DNA of 64,000 nucleotides from a virus: IMG/VR virus record IMGVR_UViG_3300032770_000017, positions 16,208 to 80,207 of that record. The stretch is one strand, 5' to 3'. Below the pieces are notes generated by a model, which was not told the DNA's origin, did no database searches, and was given only the letters and a program-made list of their open reading frames with translations. Shown here piece by piece: positions 51,724 to 61,632 of the stretch (the first letter of the stretch is position 1; each line of letters opens with the position of its first letter). A program made the position numbers and the translations under genes.

Positions 51724-52277
51724 CACCGCGGAAGGCCCCAAGTTCCTCCCGGGATAGCCGTGAGAGGAGCCCTCTGGCCTGTAGCCGATCAAGCGTTACG
51801 GGTGGCCTCCCTCTCCCGTTCCAATGGCATCGCCATCATGCCCGCCCATTTCGCTGGGCCAGCGCTCCCGGCCGCTCCTGTCAGCGGGACCTCATCCCTG
51901 GACCAAGGTCAGGCACGGTCGCAGGTTCGGGTCGTCACCCCGGTCTGGTTTTTTGGCATGCCCCACCCTCAACTAGGAGGGAGGCTTTGTGTTGTCATCG
52001 GGCGCTGCCCGGTGCTAACCTCAGTTACGAAACGATCCTGCTTCGCGACTGAGGGGAGGTTGGCTACACAGCCGCCTCCCCTCTTCGCGTCCTCGCCCTG
52101 CGTCGCATGTGGACGGGCACCGTACGCCTCGCGCGCCGGTCCTGGCAAGGATCGACGTGAAGGTGGATGCGGGCGCCCGTCGCGTGTACCGTCAGGCTCC
52201 CATCCGTTAGCGCGCCAGAGGCCGACCCCGAGAAGGCCGGCCCCTGCGACTTCAGATCACAGGAGGTGCTAGCTCCC

Positions 52278-52676
52278 GTGTCAACCGAGATGCTACCCGA
52301 TGCGTGCCTTTTCCCAAACGGCGCGATCGTGACGCAGGCCCGAGCGGCCAAGATGAGGCCCCGGGACCCGGTCTTCGACGCCATCGCCGAGGTGTGCGGG
52401 ATCGATCCCCGTTCGATCGCCGCCAAGTCCGTCGCCTCCCGGCTGGGCAAGTGCAAGCGTGACATCGTCGAGCAATCGACGGCCGCCGGCCTGCCCACCG
52501 AGCCCATGAGGCTCGCCAGGGGGATTGCCGTGCGGGCCCAGCGCTACCGCGACCGTTGGCCGCGCATGACCCTTTCGCCCGAGGCCCTGGCCAAGCACTG
52601 GTCCGAGCTTGGCCCGCAGTCAGCCCCGGTCGCCTTGAGCGCCGACGAGCTGCGACGGATGGCGCTGTATGGCTAG
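52278..52676 (+). CDS. Replication initiator/helicase-loader-like hypothetical protein
   Basis: Directly upstream of DnaB-like gene; SPEALAKHW. Confidence 0.5.
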   Translation: MSTEMLPDACLFPNGAIVTQARAAKMRPRDPVFDAIAEVCGIDPRSIAAKSVASRLGKCKRDIVEQSTAAGLPTEPMRLARGIAVRAQRYRDRWPRMTLSPEALAKHWSELGPQSAPVALSADELRRMALYG

Positions 52677-53949
52677 CGCGCCAGTGCCCTACTCGGCCGA
52701 GGTGGAGGAATGCCTGCTCGGCGCCGCCCTGTTGTCGAGCGCGGCGGCCGACATCCTCGTGGCCAACGTGGCCCCCGCCGACTTCTACGTGCCCGCCCAC
52801 CAGCGCATCGCCGAGGCGATCGAAGACCTGCGCCACCGTGGCGGCTCCAGCGACGCCCTCACGGTGGGCGACTGGCTCAACCGCAACGGCACGCTGGCCC
52901 AGGTCGGCCCGGCCCTGCTGACCCATCTGCAGGCCATCACGCCCTCCACCGCCCACACCGCGACCTACGCCGAGATCGTCTCCGACGACGCCGTGCGGCG
53001 CCGGGTGATGGCCAGAGGCGCCGACCTGATGCGCCAAGCGGCGGATCGGTCGGTGCCCGTCGCCACGCTGGCCGCGACCGCCGATTCCCTTGCTCGCGAC
53101 ATCTCGGCGCCGCTTGCCACCGATGGTGCCGACATGCTCGCCGCGGACTACGTGGGAAGCCGGGTCGAGTCCTACGACTGGCTCGTGCCCGGGCTCATCG
53201 AACGCTGCGACCGCTTCCTATGGACCGGCGCCGAGGGGATGGCGGGCAAGAGCACGCTGTTGCGCCAGTTGGCGATGCAGCTCTCGATCGGCCTGCACCC
53301 GTGGTCGCACGCCCGGATCCGCCCGCTGCATGTGCTGATCATCGACTTGGAGAACGGGCCCGGGCAGGTGGCCCGCAAGCTCGGCGCGCTGTTGGACCTG
53401 GCCCGCAACGAGCGCCAGATTTCGTTCGCCGACACCGACGACGGCTTCGACGCCGGCACCCTGCGCGTCCGCGTCCACCCTCAGGGGCTGGACCTGTTGC
53501 GCCTAGAGGACCGCCGCTGGCTCACGGGCCGCCTGGCCGCCCAGCCCGAGCCAGTCGATGTGCTGGTCACCGGCCCGATCTACAAGATGATCGGCGGCAA
53601 GCCCACCGACGAGGAGCCGGCGGGGATCGTGGCCAAGTTCCTCGACGAGCTGCGCACCGAGTTCGGCTGCAGCCTGATGATCGAAGCCCACTCGCCGCAC
53701 GCCACCGGCGAGGACGGCCAACGGACGCTGCGGCCCTACGGCGCTTCCCTGTGGATGCGCTGGCCCGAGTTCGGGTTCGGGATCCGGCAATCACGCCGTG
53801 AGGACTCCCAGGGGACCTGGGAACTGAAGCCGTGGCGGGGTGCGCGAGACGAGGGCCGCGACTGGCCCTATTTCGTCCGTCGCGGCGGGTACTGGCCGTG
53901 GGAGGTCGCCTACCCCCGGGCCTCGCCCGACCCGGTGCAGGACTTCTAG
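52669..53949 (+). CDS. DnaB-like helicase (DnaB N-terminal + RecA/AAA_25 domain)
   Basis: PYSAEVEECLLGA, DFYVPAHQRI, GAEGMAGKST, IDLEN. Confidence 0.85.
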   Translation: MASAPVPYSAEVEECLLGAALLSSAAADILVANVAPADFYVPAHQRIAEAIEDLRHRGGSSDALTVGDWLNRNGTLAQVGPALLTHLQAITPSTAHTATYAEIVSDDAVRRRVMARGADLMRQAADRSVPVATLAATADSLARDISAPLATDGADMLAADYVGSRVESYDWLVPGLIERCDRFLWTGAEGMAGKSTLLRQLAMQLSIGLHPWSHARIRPLHVLIIDLENGPGQVARKLGALLDLARNERQISFADTDDGFDAGTLRVRVHPQGLDLLRLEDRRWLTGRLAAQPEPVDVLVTGPIYKMIGGKPTDEEPAGIVAKFLDELRTEFGCSLMIEAHSPHATGEDGQRTLRPYGASLWMRWPEFGFGIRQSRREDSQGTWELKPWRGARDEGRDWPYFVRRGGYWPWEVAYPRASPDPVQDF

Positions 53950-54070
53950 TCGTGGACCCCATGGAGACCCTGGCCGATCTGGTGGCGTGGTTCACCTCGC
54001 CCGAGGTGCAACTGGCGCTCGACTTCGACGCGCGCCCTGAGGAGGAGATCGTCGAAGTGGGCGACTTCCT

Positions 54071-54496
54071 GTGAAGCGATCGGCACTCCAACGCCGGACG
54101 CCGCTGCGCACTGTCACCCCCGGGCTCAAACGGTCAAGGCTGAAGGCGTCAGCGCCCGGCAAGACGGCGCGGCTACGGATGCCGCGGCTGTCGGCGCGTA
54201 CGGCGGCCTACAACGCCGAGTTCGCCGCGCTGCGGCCCTTCGTCCTGCGCCGCTCCAGAGGCACCTGCGAGGCCTGTGGAGGCCTTGCGTGCTCCGGGCC
54301 CGTCTCCCACGTCCACCACCGCCTCAGACGGGCGCATGGAGGCGGCAACGACGAGGCCAACCTGCTCGCCGTCTCCGCTGCCTGCCACGATCGGGTCCAC
54401 GCCAACCCGGCCGAGTCTTACCGCCGCGGCCTGTTGGTCAGGTCGTGGGACGATCCGGCCGCGGTGCCGGTCGTGTTGCTTGACCCCCGATCCTGA
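54071..54496 (+). CDS. HNH endonuclease (late/recombination type)
   Basis: MKRSALQRRTPL; CEAC..HVHHR...NLL..CHDRVH. Confidence 0.8.
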   Translation: MKRSALQRRTPLRTVTPGLKRSRLKASAPGKTARLRMPRLSARTAAYNAEFAALRPFVLRRSRGTCEACGGLACSGPVSHVHHRLRRAHGGGNDEANLLAVSAACHDRVHANPAESYRRGLLVRSWDDPAAVPVVLLDPRS

Positions 54497-54516
54497 TTTC
54501 CGTTAGGATTGGAGTC

Positions 54517-54705
54517 ATGCCTGGACTATGCCGAGACACGGTCCGCACCGAGCACGCGCCCGACGTGGTGCGCATCTGCCTGCTCGAAGAGGGCCACGAC
54601 ACCGACCCGGCGCTGATGACGCCCCACCGCGACGGGGAGATCGCGTGGATGCGCACTGATGAGGGCGTCCGGTCCTGGCTGGACGGGGCGCGGGTGTTCT
54701 CGTGA
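54517..54705 (+). CDS. Small hypothetical protein
   Basis: GTTAGGATT motif before ATG. Confidence 0.5.
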   Translation: MPGLCRDTVRTEHAPDVVRICLLEEGHDTDPALMTPHRDGEIAWMRTDEGVRSWLDGARVFS

Positions 54706-54873
54706 TCTTCGTCTGCGCCTTCGTCGTCCTCTTCGTCGCCCTGCTGTTGGGCGCCAATTGGGTCGTCGGGCTCGTGATGAGGGACCCGGACCTGGAGTCG
54801 ATGCGGGCGCGGCGGGAGACGGTGCTGGCCGCTCGCCGCGCCTCCCTGCGCGCCCGGCGCTGGCAGTGACGCC

Positions 54874-55350
54874 TTGGGCACCCTGCTCACCGGAGACGAC
54901 TACCGCTCCAAGCCCGACCCGCGCCCGCCCGCCCGCAGGGCACTCGACAAGGCCCTGAGCGAGCGCAAATGGCAGGAGAAGGTCATGGGCCGCGCCCGGG
55001 AACTGCACTACCGGCTCATGGTGCACTTCTTCCCCGGCCAGTTCTCCAACGGCCGCTGGCTGACCAACGTCAACCGCGAGGGCCTGGGGTTCTGTGACCT
55101 GCTCTGCCTGCGCCCGCCGGTGATGGTGGCGCTGGAGTTGAAGACCGAGGCGAAGAAGCCGACTGAGGAACAGGCGCTGTGGCTTGACGGCTTCGCCGCC
55201 ATGCCCGGGTGCGTGGCCATGTACGCCCGTCCTCGCGACTGGGAGGTCGTGAGCGACGTGCTCGCCCGCCCGTGGGCCTATCTACCCGAACCCGAACGAT
55301 GGGCCCTTGGCCCACGGACCGAAGGAGCCTCACATGGCGCAGGTGTCTAG
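54874..55350 (+). CDS. VRR-NUC domain nuclease
   Basis: SERKWQ, GFCDL, ELKTEAKKPTEEQALWL, RPRDW. Confidence 0.8.
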   Translation: MGTLLTGDDYRSKPDPRPPARRALDKALSERKWQEKVMGRARELHYRLMVHFFPGQFSNGRWLTNVNREGLGFCDLLCLRPPVMVALELKTEAKKPTEEQALWLDGFAAMPGCVAMYARPRDWEVVSDVLARPWAYLPEPERWALGPRTEGASHGAGV

Positions 55351-55852
55351 CCACCCCATCCCCTCGGGGCTGCCGTCGTTCGAAGGCCGGGAGGTCCGGG
55401 AGATGGCGATCATCGTCAACAAGGCCGGCGACGGCCTGTCCGACGCGCTGAAGGTGGACAAGGTGCCCCACCACCACGGCGACGAGGTCTTCCTGGTCCT
55501 GCGCACGCTCGTCACCAAGGTCAACCACGTTGAGGTCAAGCCGGGCTCGGATGACCTGCGCCGGGTGGAGACGCTGACCGCCCAGGACGCATTCGAGGTA
55601 GACGAAAGCGACATCGGCCCGCTGTTCCGCCGGGCCAAGGACACCGTGCGCCGCAAGCTCGACGAGGCGGCCGGGATCGTGCCGCTGTTCGCGGCATCGT
55701 CGGGCGATGATGACGTGGTGCCGTTCGAGGACATGAGCGACGAGCAGCAATCGCTCTACGTCGGCCACGGCCAGGGCGAGCACGCATCGGGCCCGGTGGA
55801 GGAGTGCCCCCTGTGCGATTCGCCGCCGCTACGAGAAGGCGACGACTGGTGA
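55334..55852 (+). CDS. Hypothetical protein
   Basis: GAAGGAG RBS; AGDGLSDALKVD motif. Confidence 0.6.
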   Translation: MAQVSSHPIPSGLPSFEGREVREMAIIVNKAGDGLSDALKVDKVPHHHGDEVFLVLRTLVTKVNHVEVKPGSDDLRRVETLTAQDAFEVDESDIGPLFRRAKDTVRRKLDEAAGIVPLFAASSGDDDVVPFEDMSDEQQSLYVGHGQGEHASGPVEECPLCDSPPLREGDDW

Positions 55853-56220
55853 GCCGCCGCGCATCCCTCGTCCCCGAGGCACCGCCCAGGACCCGACGAG
55901 AGACGGCCAGGGTGGCCCAGGAGGTCGCCGATGCCGTAGACCGGGCCTGTGCTGCCTCAGGTGCCGTCTGTGACCTCCTGAGCGCCGGTAGCGCCTCTGC
56001 ACCGGCTGACGCGTGGGAGACGGCCCTACAGACGGTCGTGGTGGCCCTCGGCGAGGTGGACGCCCTGGCGACGTTGCTCCGCGGCGAACGCGATGCCCTG
56101 ATCCTGTCGCTGTCGTCCGCGGACCCGACCGGGCGCCCGTGGCGCTCCCAGGCCTACATCGCCCGCCTTACGGGCATCGCCGATTCGCTTGTTAACCGCA
56201 TCGTCAAAGGCCACCAGTGA
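55849..56220 (+). CDS. HTH protein
   Basis: SQAYIARLTGIADSLVNRIV. Confidence 0.6.
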   Translation: MSRRASLVPEAPPRTRRETARVAQEVADAVDRACAASGAVCDLLSAGSASAPADAWETALQTVVVALGEVDALATLLRGERDALILSLSSADPTGRPWRSQAYIARLTGIADSLVNRIVKGHQ

Positions 56221-56244
56221 CCGACATGAGCGAGGATTGAGCCA

Positions 56245-56526
56245 GTGAGCGTTGTGCGGGTAGGGGTGAAGCGGATCACCAAGAATGCTGGCTTTGAGGT
56301 CGACAAGATTGGCGATCCCGGAGTTGAGTTGTTCCAGGAATGGGTTGAGATCGATGGCAAACGCATTGGTGATGGCTCGCTTATGGGCGTGCGCTATGGG
56401 ACGCTCCGGGACATTGATCCCCTCGCCACTGGAAGGGAAAGCGGCGAGTACCAGAATGCGGTAGTGATCGTGCTGCTCAGCGACAGTTTTTCATCGGTTG
56501 ATCATCGTGAACCACCCGATGCCTGA
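56245..56526 (+). CDS. Hypothetical protein (lower GC)
   Basis: ORF after GAGGATT motif. Confidence 0.5.
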   Translation: MSVVRVGVKRITKNAGFEVDKIGDPGVELFQEWVEIDGKRIGDGSLMGVRYGTLRDIDPLATGRESGEYQNAVVIVLLSDSFSSVDHREPPDA

Positions 56527-56767
56527 CCTTGGCCGCGACTCCCACGACTGCGCCATGGCTGCCGTCACCGCGGCCGTGCACGGCGACTACACGCGGGCCG
56601 TCGCCATTCTGGAGGAGTCCCCCTGCATCCTGGTGGCCGCCGGTTCCCTCCTCGGCGCCGTCCTTCTGGTGCTTGCCGCGTCCCCCGACCTGCGGTCGAT
56701 GGAGGAACGGTGGGCAGAGATCGCCACGGCCCACGCGGCGGCATTGGAGACTTGGCCCTTGCCCTGA
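56519..56767 (+). CDS. Hypothetical protein
   Basis: Coupled ORF. Confidence 0.4.
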   Translation: MPDLGRDSHDCAMAAVTAAVHGDYTRAVAILEESPCILVAAGSLLGAVLLVLAASPDLRSMEERWAEIATAHAAALETWPLP

Positions 56768-56793
56768 TTCCTACATTCTGTTAGGATTAGGCC

Positions 56794-57261
56794 ATGACCG
56801 AACAGACGGTTCATCTGCCCTGCACCTGGCAGGACTTGGCCGACCTGCGCCACGCCCTCGCCTTGGCTGCACCCCAGGTGGACTACGAGACGCTCCTGCG
56901 CTTCGAGGCGTTGGAGGCCGTGATCGGCGCCATGCACCAGACGCTGCCGAACCCGCTTGGGCTAGCCAAGCGCGACGGGCTCGTCAGGGCCGATGAGGCC
57001 AAGCGTCTGCTCCGCGAGCGAGCGTGGCCCGACGTCAACGCGCTTGATCCGGTGTCCGAGGAGGAAATGCGGATCCACTGCCGTCTCGGTGGAATCGGAG
57101 CCGACTGGTGGCTCACCGACGCGCTTGCCCTCGTCGACACGGCCGAGGAGATCGGCTGGTGTGACCCGCCGTCGATCTTCGGGCACGATCTGGCGGTCAT
57201 CTCGTCAACCCTCGGCCGTCGCGGTGTGTACTGCTTCGATGTCCCCCGGCCCAAGTCGTGA
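56794..57261 (+). CDS. Hypothetical protein
   Basis: GTTAGGATT motif before ATG. Confidence 0.55.
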   Translation: MTEQTVHLPCTWQDLADLRHALALAAPQVDYETLLRFEALEAVIGAMHQTLPNPLGLAKRDGLVRADEAKRLLRERAWPDVNALDPVSEEEMRIHCRLGGIGADWWLTDALALVDTAEEIGWCDPPSIFGHDLAVISSTLGRRGVYCFDVPRPKS

Positions 57262-57842
57262 CCACCGCGGCCGAGGTGCGCTCGGAGTCCACAGCCCAGC
57301 TCAACTCCCTAGTGATGGCGGTCAGCCACGGCCAGGACGCCCTTCCCTTGGCCGCCTTCCTGCGCAACGGCAAGCGCCAACTGGTGCTCGGGGTCTGCCG
57401 CCAGGACGAATGGGGCCAGGGATGGGAATGGCTGGCCGACTACACCCGCCGCGTCGGCGCCGATGCCGTGGTGGTGAGCTTCGATTCGTTCACCCGCACG
57501 GTTGCCGCTGACGAGCCGTTCCCCTACGCGGAGGGCGGCGCACCGAGGGACGACCCCAAAGCGACCGAGGCGGTGCTGTCGTGGGGCCTGGCCCATCGCC
57601 AGGGCAACGTGCACGTCGACTGCGCCGTGTTCTATCCCTACTCGCGGGCAGATGACGGCGCCATTGTGTGGGGGTCCATGGCCAGCGACCCGTCCTCGGT
57701 GATCGGCGAGGTGCCGAACGAGATCGCTCGCGGCCTCACCGCGCCCAGAGGCGATGACCTGGCCGGCGCCGCGTTGGACGCCCGCAAGGCCGGGCACCTC
57801 GTGGTGATGCTCGGCGGCAGGCCGTACCGGGGGCCGCGGTGA
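57258..57842 (+). CDS. Hypothetical protein
   Basis: Coupled ORF. Confidence 0.55.
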   Translation: MTTAAEVRSESTAQLNSLVMAVSHGQDALPLAAFLRNGKRQLVLGVCRQDEWGQGWEWLADYTRRVGADAVVVSFDSFTRTVAADEPFPYAEGGAPRDDPKATEAVLSWGLAHRQGNVHVDCAVFYPYSRADDGAIVWGSMASDPSSVIGEVPNEIARGLTAPRGDDLAGAALDARKAGHLVVMLGGRPYRGPR

Positions 57843-57962
57843 CGGCCGAGGGAGCACCTGAACCGAGGATTTGCCCTGAATGCGGAGACGTTGCAAAGCG
57901 TCGGCTCTTCGTCGCTGTGACCTTGATGGCCGGCGGCGATGTCAAGGAAACGAGGGAGGTGA

Positions 57963-58217
57963 GTGACGATGACGCAACTGAGTGAACTACGTGAGAAGTG
58001 GGCGCGGTACGAACAGCGATTGTCCTCGGACGATGGCGAGGGGTCGTTGCTGGGTGCGGCGTTCATCATCGCCAAGACCGCCATCACGGACATCAACACG
58101 CTGCTAGCCGAGAACGAGCGGCTGCGGGCGGCACTGCGTCAAGCGTGCGACGACGGTTGGGCTGACGGTGAAGGGGCTATGCGGTCGTACCTGCGTGACG
58201 ATCGGGGAGGCAAGTGA
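57963..58217 (+). CDS. Hypothetical protein
   Basis: GGAGG RBS. Confidence 0.5.
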   Translation: MTMTQLSELREKWARYEQRLSSDDGEGSLLGAAFIIAKTAITDINTLLAENERLRAALRQACDDGWADGEGAMRSYLRDDRGGK

Positions 58218-58504
58218 TGCCGGCGACTGAGGCGGCCGACCTCCGTGATGTGTTCGCTGGGAGCGTCGCATGGGGACGCATCCGTCCGGGCGGTCCGTGG
58301 CACGCTTTCCGACCTGCGTGGTGGGACGAGGATCTATGGGTGCCGCAATGCCGTCACGGCGACGCCTACAGCGACCTCCAGCTTGTGTCCCTGGATGCCG
58401 AGCCGGGCGGTCCGGGCATCTGCGCCAACGCCGGCTGCCTTCATGCCTATCACGCTTGCCGACTTCCTCGCCGAGCACGGATTGGGGAGGTAAGTGATGG
58501 CTGA
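58214..58504 (+). CDS. Hypothetical protein
   Basis: Coupled ORF. Confidence 0.45.
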   Translation: MMPATEAADLRDVFAGSVAWGRIRPGGPWHAFRPAWWDEDLWVPQCRHGDAYSDLQLVSLDAEPGGPGICANAGCLHAYHACRLPRRARIGEVSDG

Positions 58505-58940
58505 GCAAGTGACGCGTGAGGCCGAGAAAGACTGGGCGGCGCAAATCGAATACTGGCAGGAGCGGTGCTTCCGCCTGATGGACGAGAATGCCGAACTCAT
58601 CAACCAACTACAGGCGATCGAGGTCATGCTGCGACCTGGGCCGGGACAAGCAACGGTCGAGATCGCCCATGTCGTTGTCGAGGGGTGGCTTGAGCGGAGC
58701 TTGTGCCCGGCTGGGTTCCCGTACGCAGATGGGCACGACTGTCCCGCCGCGCACGACCCAGTCGAGGACGATCTGGTCGGGGACGGTTCGGAACTATGGG
58801 ATGTGACTCCCGTATGTGACGATTCTGGGGAGCGCGTTGTCACATTCGATCCCAGTACTCCACGGTACGACCCGGGTGCCTTCGGGCCTTCGTTCCCGCC
58901 AGTTCAGGACCCGACTTTCTCCACCTGGCGTCGCGAATGA
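58497..58940 (+). CDS. Hypothetical protein
   Basis: GGAGG RBS. Confidence 0.5.
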   Translation: MAEQVTREAEKDWAAQIEYWQERCFRLMDENAELINQLQAIEVMLRPGPGQATVEIAHVVVEGWLERSLCPAGFPYADGHDCPAAHDPVEDDLVGDGSELWDVTPVCDDSGERVVTFDPSTPRYDPGAFGPSFPPVQDPTFSTWRRE

Positions 58941-59185
58941 CCACACAGTCGTGGTTCTTCGGGGACGCCCCCTGGCGCGCCCTGGCCGCCTGCAAGGGCA
59001 AGCCCACCCGCTGGTGGTTCGATGGCACCAACGAGGAACGCGACCGTGCCCAGTCGATCTGCGCCCGCTGCCCCGTACGCGAGCCCTGCGCCGAGTTCGG
59101 CCGCAGCCAGCACCAGGGCCGCTGGGGAGGCGTGGACATGGAGGTGGAGCGGCGCCGGATGCGCCATCGGAGGCTGTCGGCATGA
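58937..59185 (+). CDS. whiB: WhiB-family Fe-S transcription factor
   Basis: W..LAAC...WWF...AQSICARCPVREPC...GRWGG. Confidence 0.9.
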   Translation: MTTQSWFFGDAPWRALAACKGKPTRWWFDGTNEERDRAQSICARCPVREPCAEFGRSQHQGRWGGVDMEVERRRMRHRRLSA

Positions 59186-59478
59186 CCGCCTGCCGTACCT
59201 GTGGCTTCCCGTGGGCCCGCTCGGGCGGTCATGCCCCGTGGTGCATCGGCGGCACGTTCGTGCTCAATGTAAGACCCGAGCCGCCCCCACCGCGACCCCG
59301 TCGTCCGTTGGAGCCGTGTGGCACGTCGGCGGCGTACGAGCGTGGATGTCGGTGCGAGCCGTGCAAGCAGGCGATCCGGGCGTATAACCGCGAGCGCTAC
59401 GCGATCAGGCGAGCGGAGCGCCAGCGCTACTGGACCGCCCGCGACGCGCTTGTGCCCGCTACGCTCCCTCGTCCGTGA
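59182..59478 (+). CDS. Small Zn-binding protein
   Basis: CGTSAAYERGCRCEPC. Confidence 0.55.
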   Translation: MTACRTCGFPWARSGGHAPWCIGGTFVLNVRPEPPPPRPRRPLEPCGTSAAYERGCRCEPCKQAIRAYNRERYAIRRAERQRYWTARDALVPATLPRP

Positions 59479-59632
59479 CGGCCCGCTCCGCGGCCAAGGC
59501 AGGCGCCTAGGGACCAAGCCCTCGGTCGCCCCCGGCAGCTAGCCGAGAGCGTCCACCTGTAAGACCACCTCCGTCCATGGCTCGGAATCAACCCGTCCAA
59601 AAGGGTCGAGCCTGAAGCGAAAGGAGTCGTCC

Positions 59633-60229
59633 ATGTGGCGATCCTTCGGCGCTGTCGGCCTGGCCGCGGCGCTTGTCCTGTCCTACGGGTGTGCCCAATC
59701 ACCCGCGCCCACTCACACCTCAACCGCCCACCGCACCACCCGGGCAGCCCTCGCCATCAATGCCGCCGCCGTGCTCGTCCCCGCCTGCCCAACGGCGCTC
59801 GACCCCGAAGGCCACCCGGTGGACTGCCACGGCTTCGTCACCGATGGCAGTCCTCAGCTGGACGACTTCCACTGTGTGGGTTCGCCCTTCCAGGTGTTCG
59901 TCTGCCTGGCAGCCCGTCACCCGACCTTCGGCGCCTTCCTGCTCGCCAAGACCGGCCCCGACCCTTCCATGGTCCCGTGCGGAGAGATGGTGGCCCGCTG
60001 GTACCCGCAACTTGCTCCCTACCCCTGGCCCATCGCCGAGATGGAGAAGATCATGTGCCGCGAGAGCGGTGGCAACCCATTGGCAGTCAACCGGTTCAGC
60101 GGTGCCTGCGGCCTGTTCCAGTTGCTCTCGTGCCCTCCCGGTGGATTGGATGGCTTTACAAACATCCGCCTCGCCTATCTCGACAAGTACCGTCCGAGCG
60201 GGCTGGCGCCGTGGAGCGAGACGGCTTAG
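59633..60229 (+). CDS. Secreted/lipoprotein lytic transglycosylase (SLT-like)
   Basis: Signal peptide with SYGC; IMCRESGGNPLAVN..SGACGLFQ. Confidence 0.8.
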   Translation: MWRSFGAVGLAAALVLSYGCAQSPAPTHTSTAHRTTRAALAINAAAVLVPACPTALDPEGHPVDCHGFVTDGSPQLDDFHCVGSPFQVFVCLAARHPTFGAFLLAKTGPDPSMVPCGEMVARWYPQLAPYPWPIAEMEKIMCRESGGNPLAVNRFSGACGLFQLLSCPPGGLDGFTNIRLAYLDKYRPSGLAPWSETA

Positions 60230-60578
60230 GCCACCAGCCACCACTCCTCATCTTCGATGCGGTAGGAGACCCACGGGTAGTCCCACTCGACCATCTCGGC
60301 GAAATCCGTGGACTCCTCGCAGGTGTAGTGCACGCCGCGATGGGGCAGCGCGTGGTCGCGTGGGTGGTCGCACCCGAGCGGGGTGCCCCAGGGCTGGCGT
60401 ACCTGCGGGTGATGGGCAGGGCAGCGGGTGAGGCCGTCGGCGTCGCGCAGCATGGCACCTCCTGGCGGGGTCTGGGCCGGGTCCGGCGCGGCTGTACCCA
60501 CTCGGTGGCCGCGATCAAACACCGGGGTTAGGAACCTCGGGCTAGACCTAGAGACTTCACATAGGTTAGGATTGATCC

Positions 60579-61277
60579 ATGACGTTGCTCGATCCGTCGT
60601 CCTGGGAGACGGCGCCCGATGTTGACGGAGCCCTGGCCGCGCTGGTCGCCGCCCTCGCGGGTGTGCAGGACCAGCGCGAGCGCGTGCGGCTGCTGAACAC
60701 CGTGCGCCGGGCCCTCCACGAGGTGTCGCCGCTGGCCCACCATCCGGTGGATTTCGTGGAATGGGTGCCCGTTGAGACGGTCCAAGCCAACGACTACAAC
60801 CCCAACGCCGTGGCACCTCCCGAGATGGAGTTGCTCCGTCTCTCCATCGACCACGACGGCTACACACAGCCTGTCGTGACCTATCTCGACGATTCGGGCA
60901 CTGTTGAGGTGGTCGACGGCTTCCACCGCAACCGTGTCGCCCGTGAGTACCCCGAAGTGGCTGACAGCCTGCTCGGCTTCCTCCCTGCCGTGCGTATCCG
61001 CGCCGAGTCGTCCGACCGCTCCGACCGCATCGCCGCCACGATCCGCCACAACCGGGCGCGCGGGAAGCACCAAGTGGTCAAGATGACCGACATTGTCCTC
61101 GAACTGAAACGGCGCAACTGGTCGGACGCGAAGATCAGTAAAAACCTGGGCATGGACGCCGACGAGGTATTGCGCCTCTCCCAGATCGGTGGCTTGGCTG
61201 ACGTGTTCGCCGATCGGGAGTTCTCACTGGCATGGGAGGTGGAGGAGGATGACCTCGACGACTCGGCCGTGGGCTGA
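60579..61277 (+). CDS. ibrB: IbrB/YbdM-like ParB-domain protein
   Basis: HPVDFVEWV, ANDYNPNAVAPPEMELL, DGYTQP, VVDGFHR, TIRHNRARGKH. Confidence 0.85.
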   Translation: MTLLDPSSWETAPDVDGALAALVAALAGVQDQRERVRLLNTVRRALHEVSPLAHHPVDFVEWVPVETVQANDYNPNAVAPPEMELLRLSIDHDGYTQPVVTYLDDSGTVEVVDGFHRNRVAREYPEVADSLLGFLPAVRIRAESSDRSDRIAATIRHNRARGKHQVVKMTDIVLELKRRNWSDAKISKNLGMDADEVLRLSQIGGLADVFADREFSLAWEVEEDDLDDSAVG

Positions 61278-61632
61278 TTGGGAGGATTGGCACGCTGGCC
61301 TCTATGCCCGCCGCCTAGTCCGCGCTGAGAGCATCGTCGCCTCTCTTGCCCTGCTCGCCGACGCCGACACCTTCCTAGAAGTCGGCCACGAGATGGTGCG
61401 CACCTGGCCCCACGCAGCTCGCCACAACCTTGACCATATGTGGAGCGGCCGCCGAGCTTGGATCGGCCAAGCGTCGTGCTGCTATGCCCACGGTGCCACC
61501 GCGGACGAGACAAAGCAGGCTTGGGGCGGCCTAGCCAATGCGGTACAGGCCAGGGCCAATGCCATTGCCGATGAGATCGCCGACGCTTATCACCGAGGAT
61601 GGCGATATGCCCAAACGCTATTTACCGATTGA
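61249..61632 (+). CDS. Conserved-looking hypothetical protein between ibrB and ibrA
   Basis: WEDWHAGLY...HNL...RAWIGQASCC; overlaps both neighbours. Confidence 0.6.
   Translation: MTSTTRPWADWEDWHAGLYARRLVRAESIVASLALLADADTFLEVGHEMVRTWPHAARHNLDHMWSGRRAWIGQASCCYAHGATADETKQAWGGLANAVQARANAIADEIADAYHRGWRYAQTLFTD

Noticed and set aside
59480-59632. c-di-AMP (ydaO) riboswitch before the transglycosylase
   Set aside because: Only one hairpin seen; the conserved ydaO motifs were not recognisable
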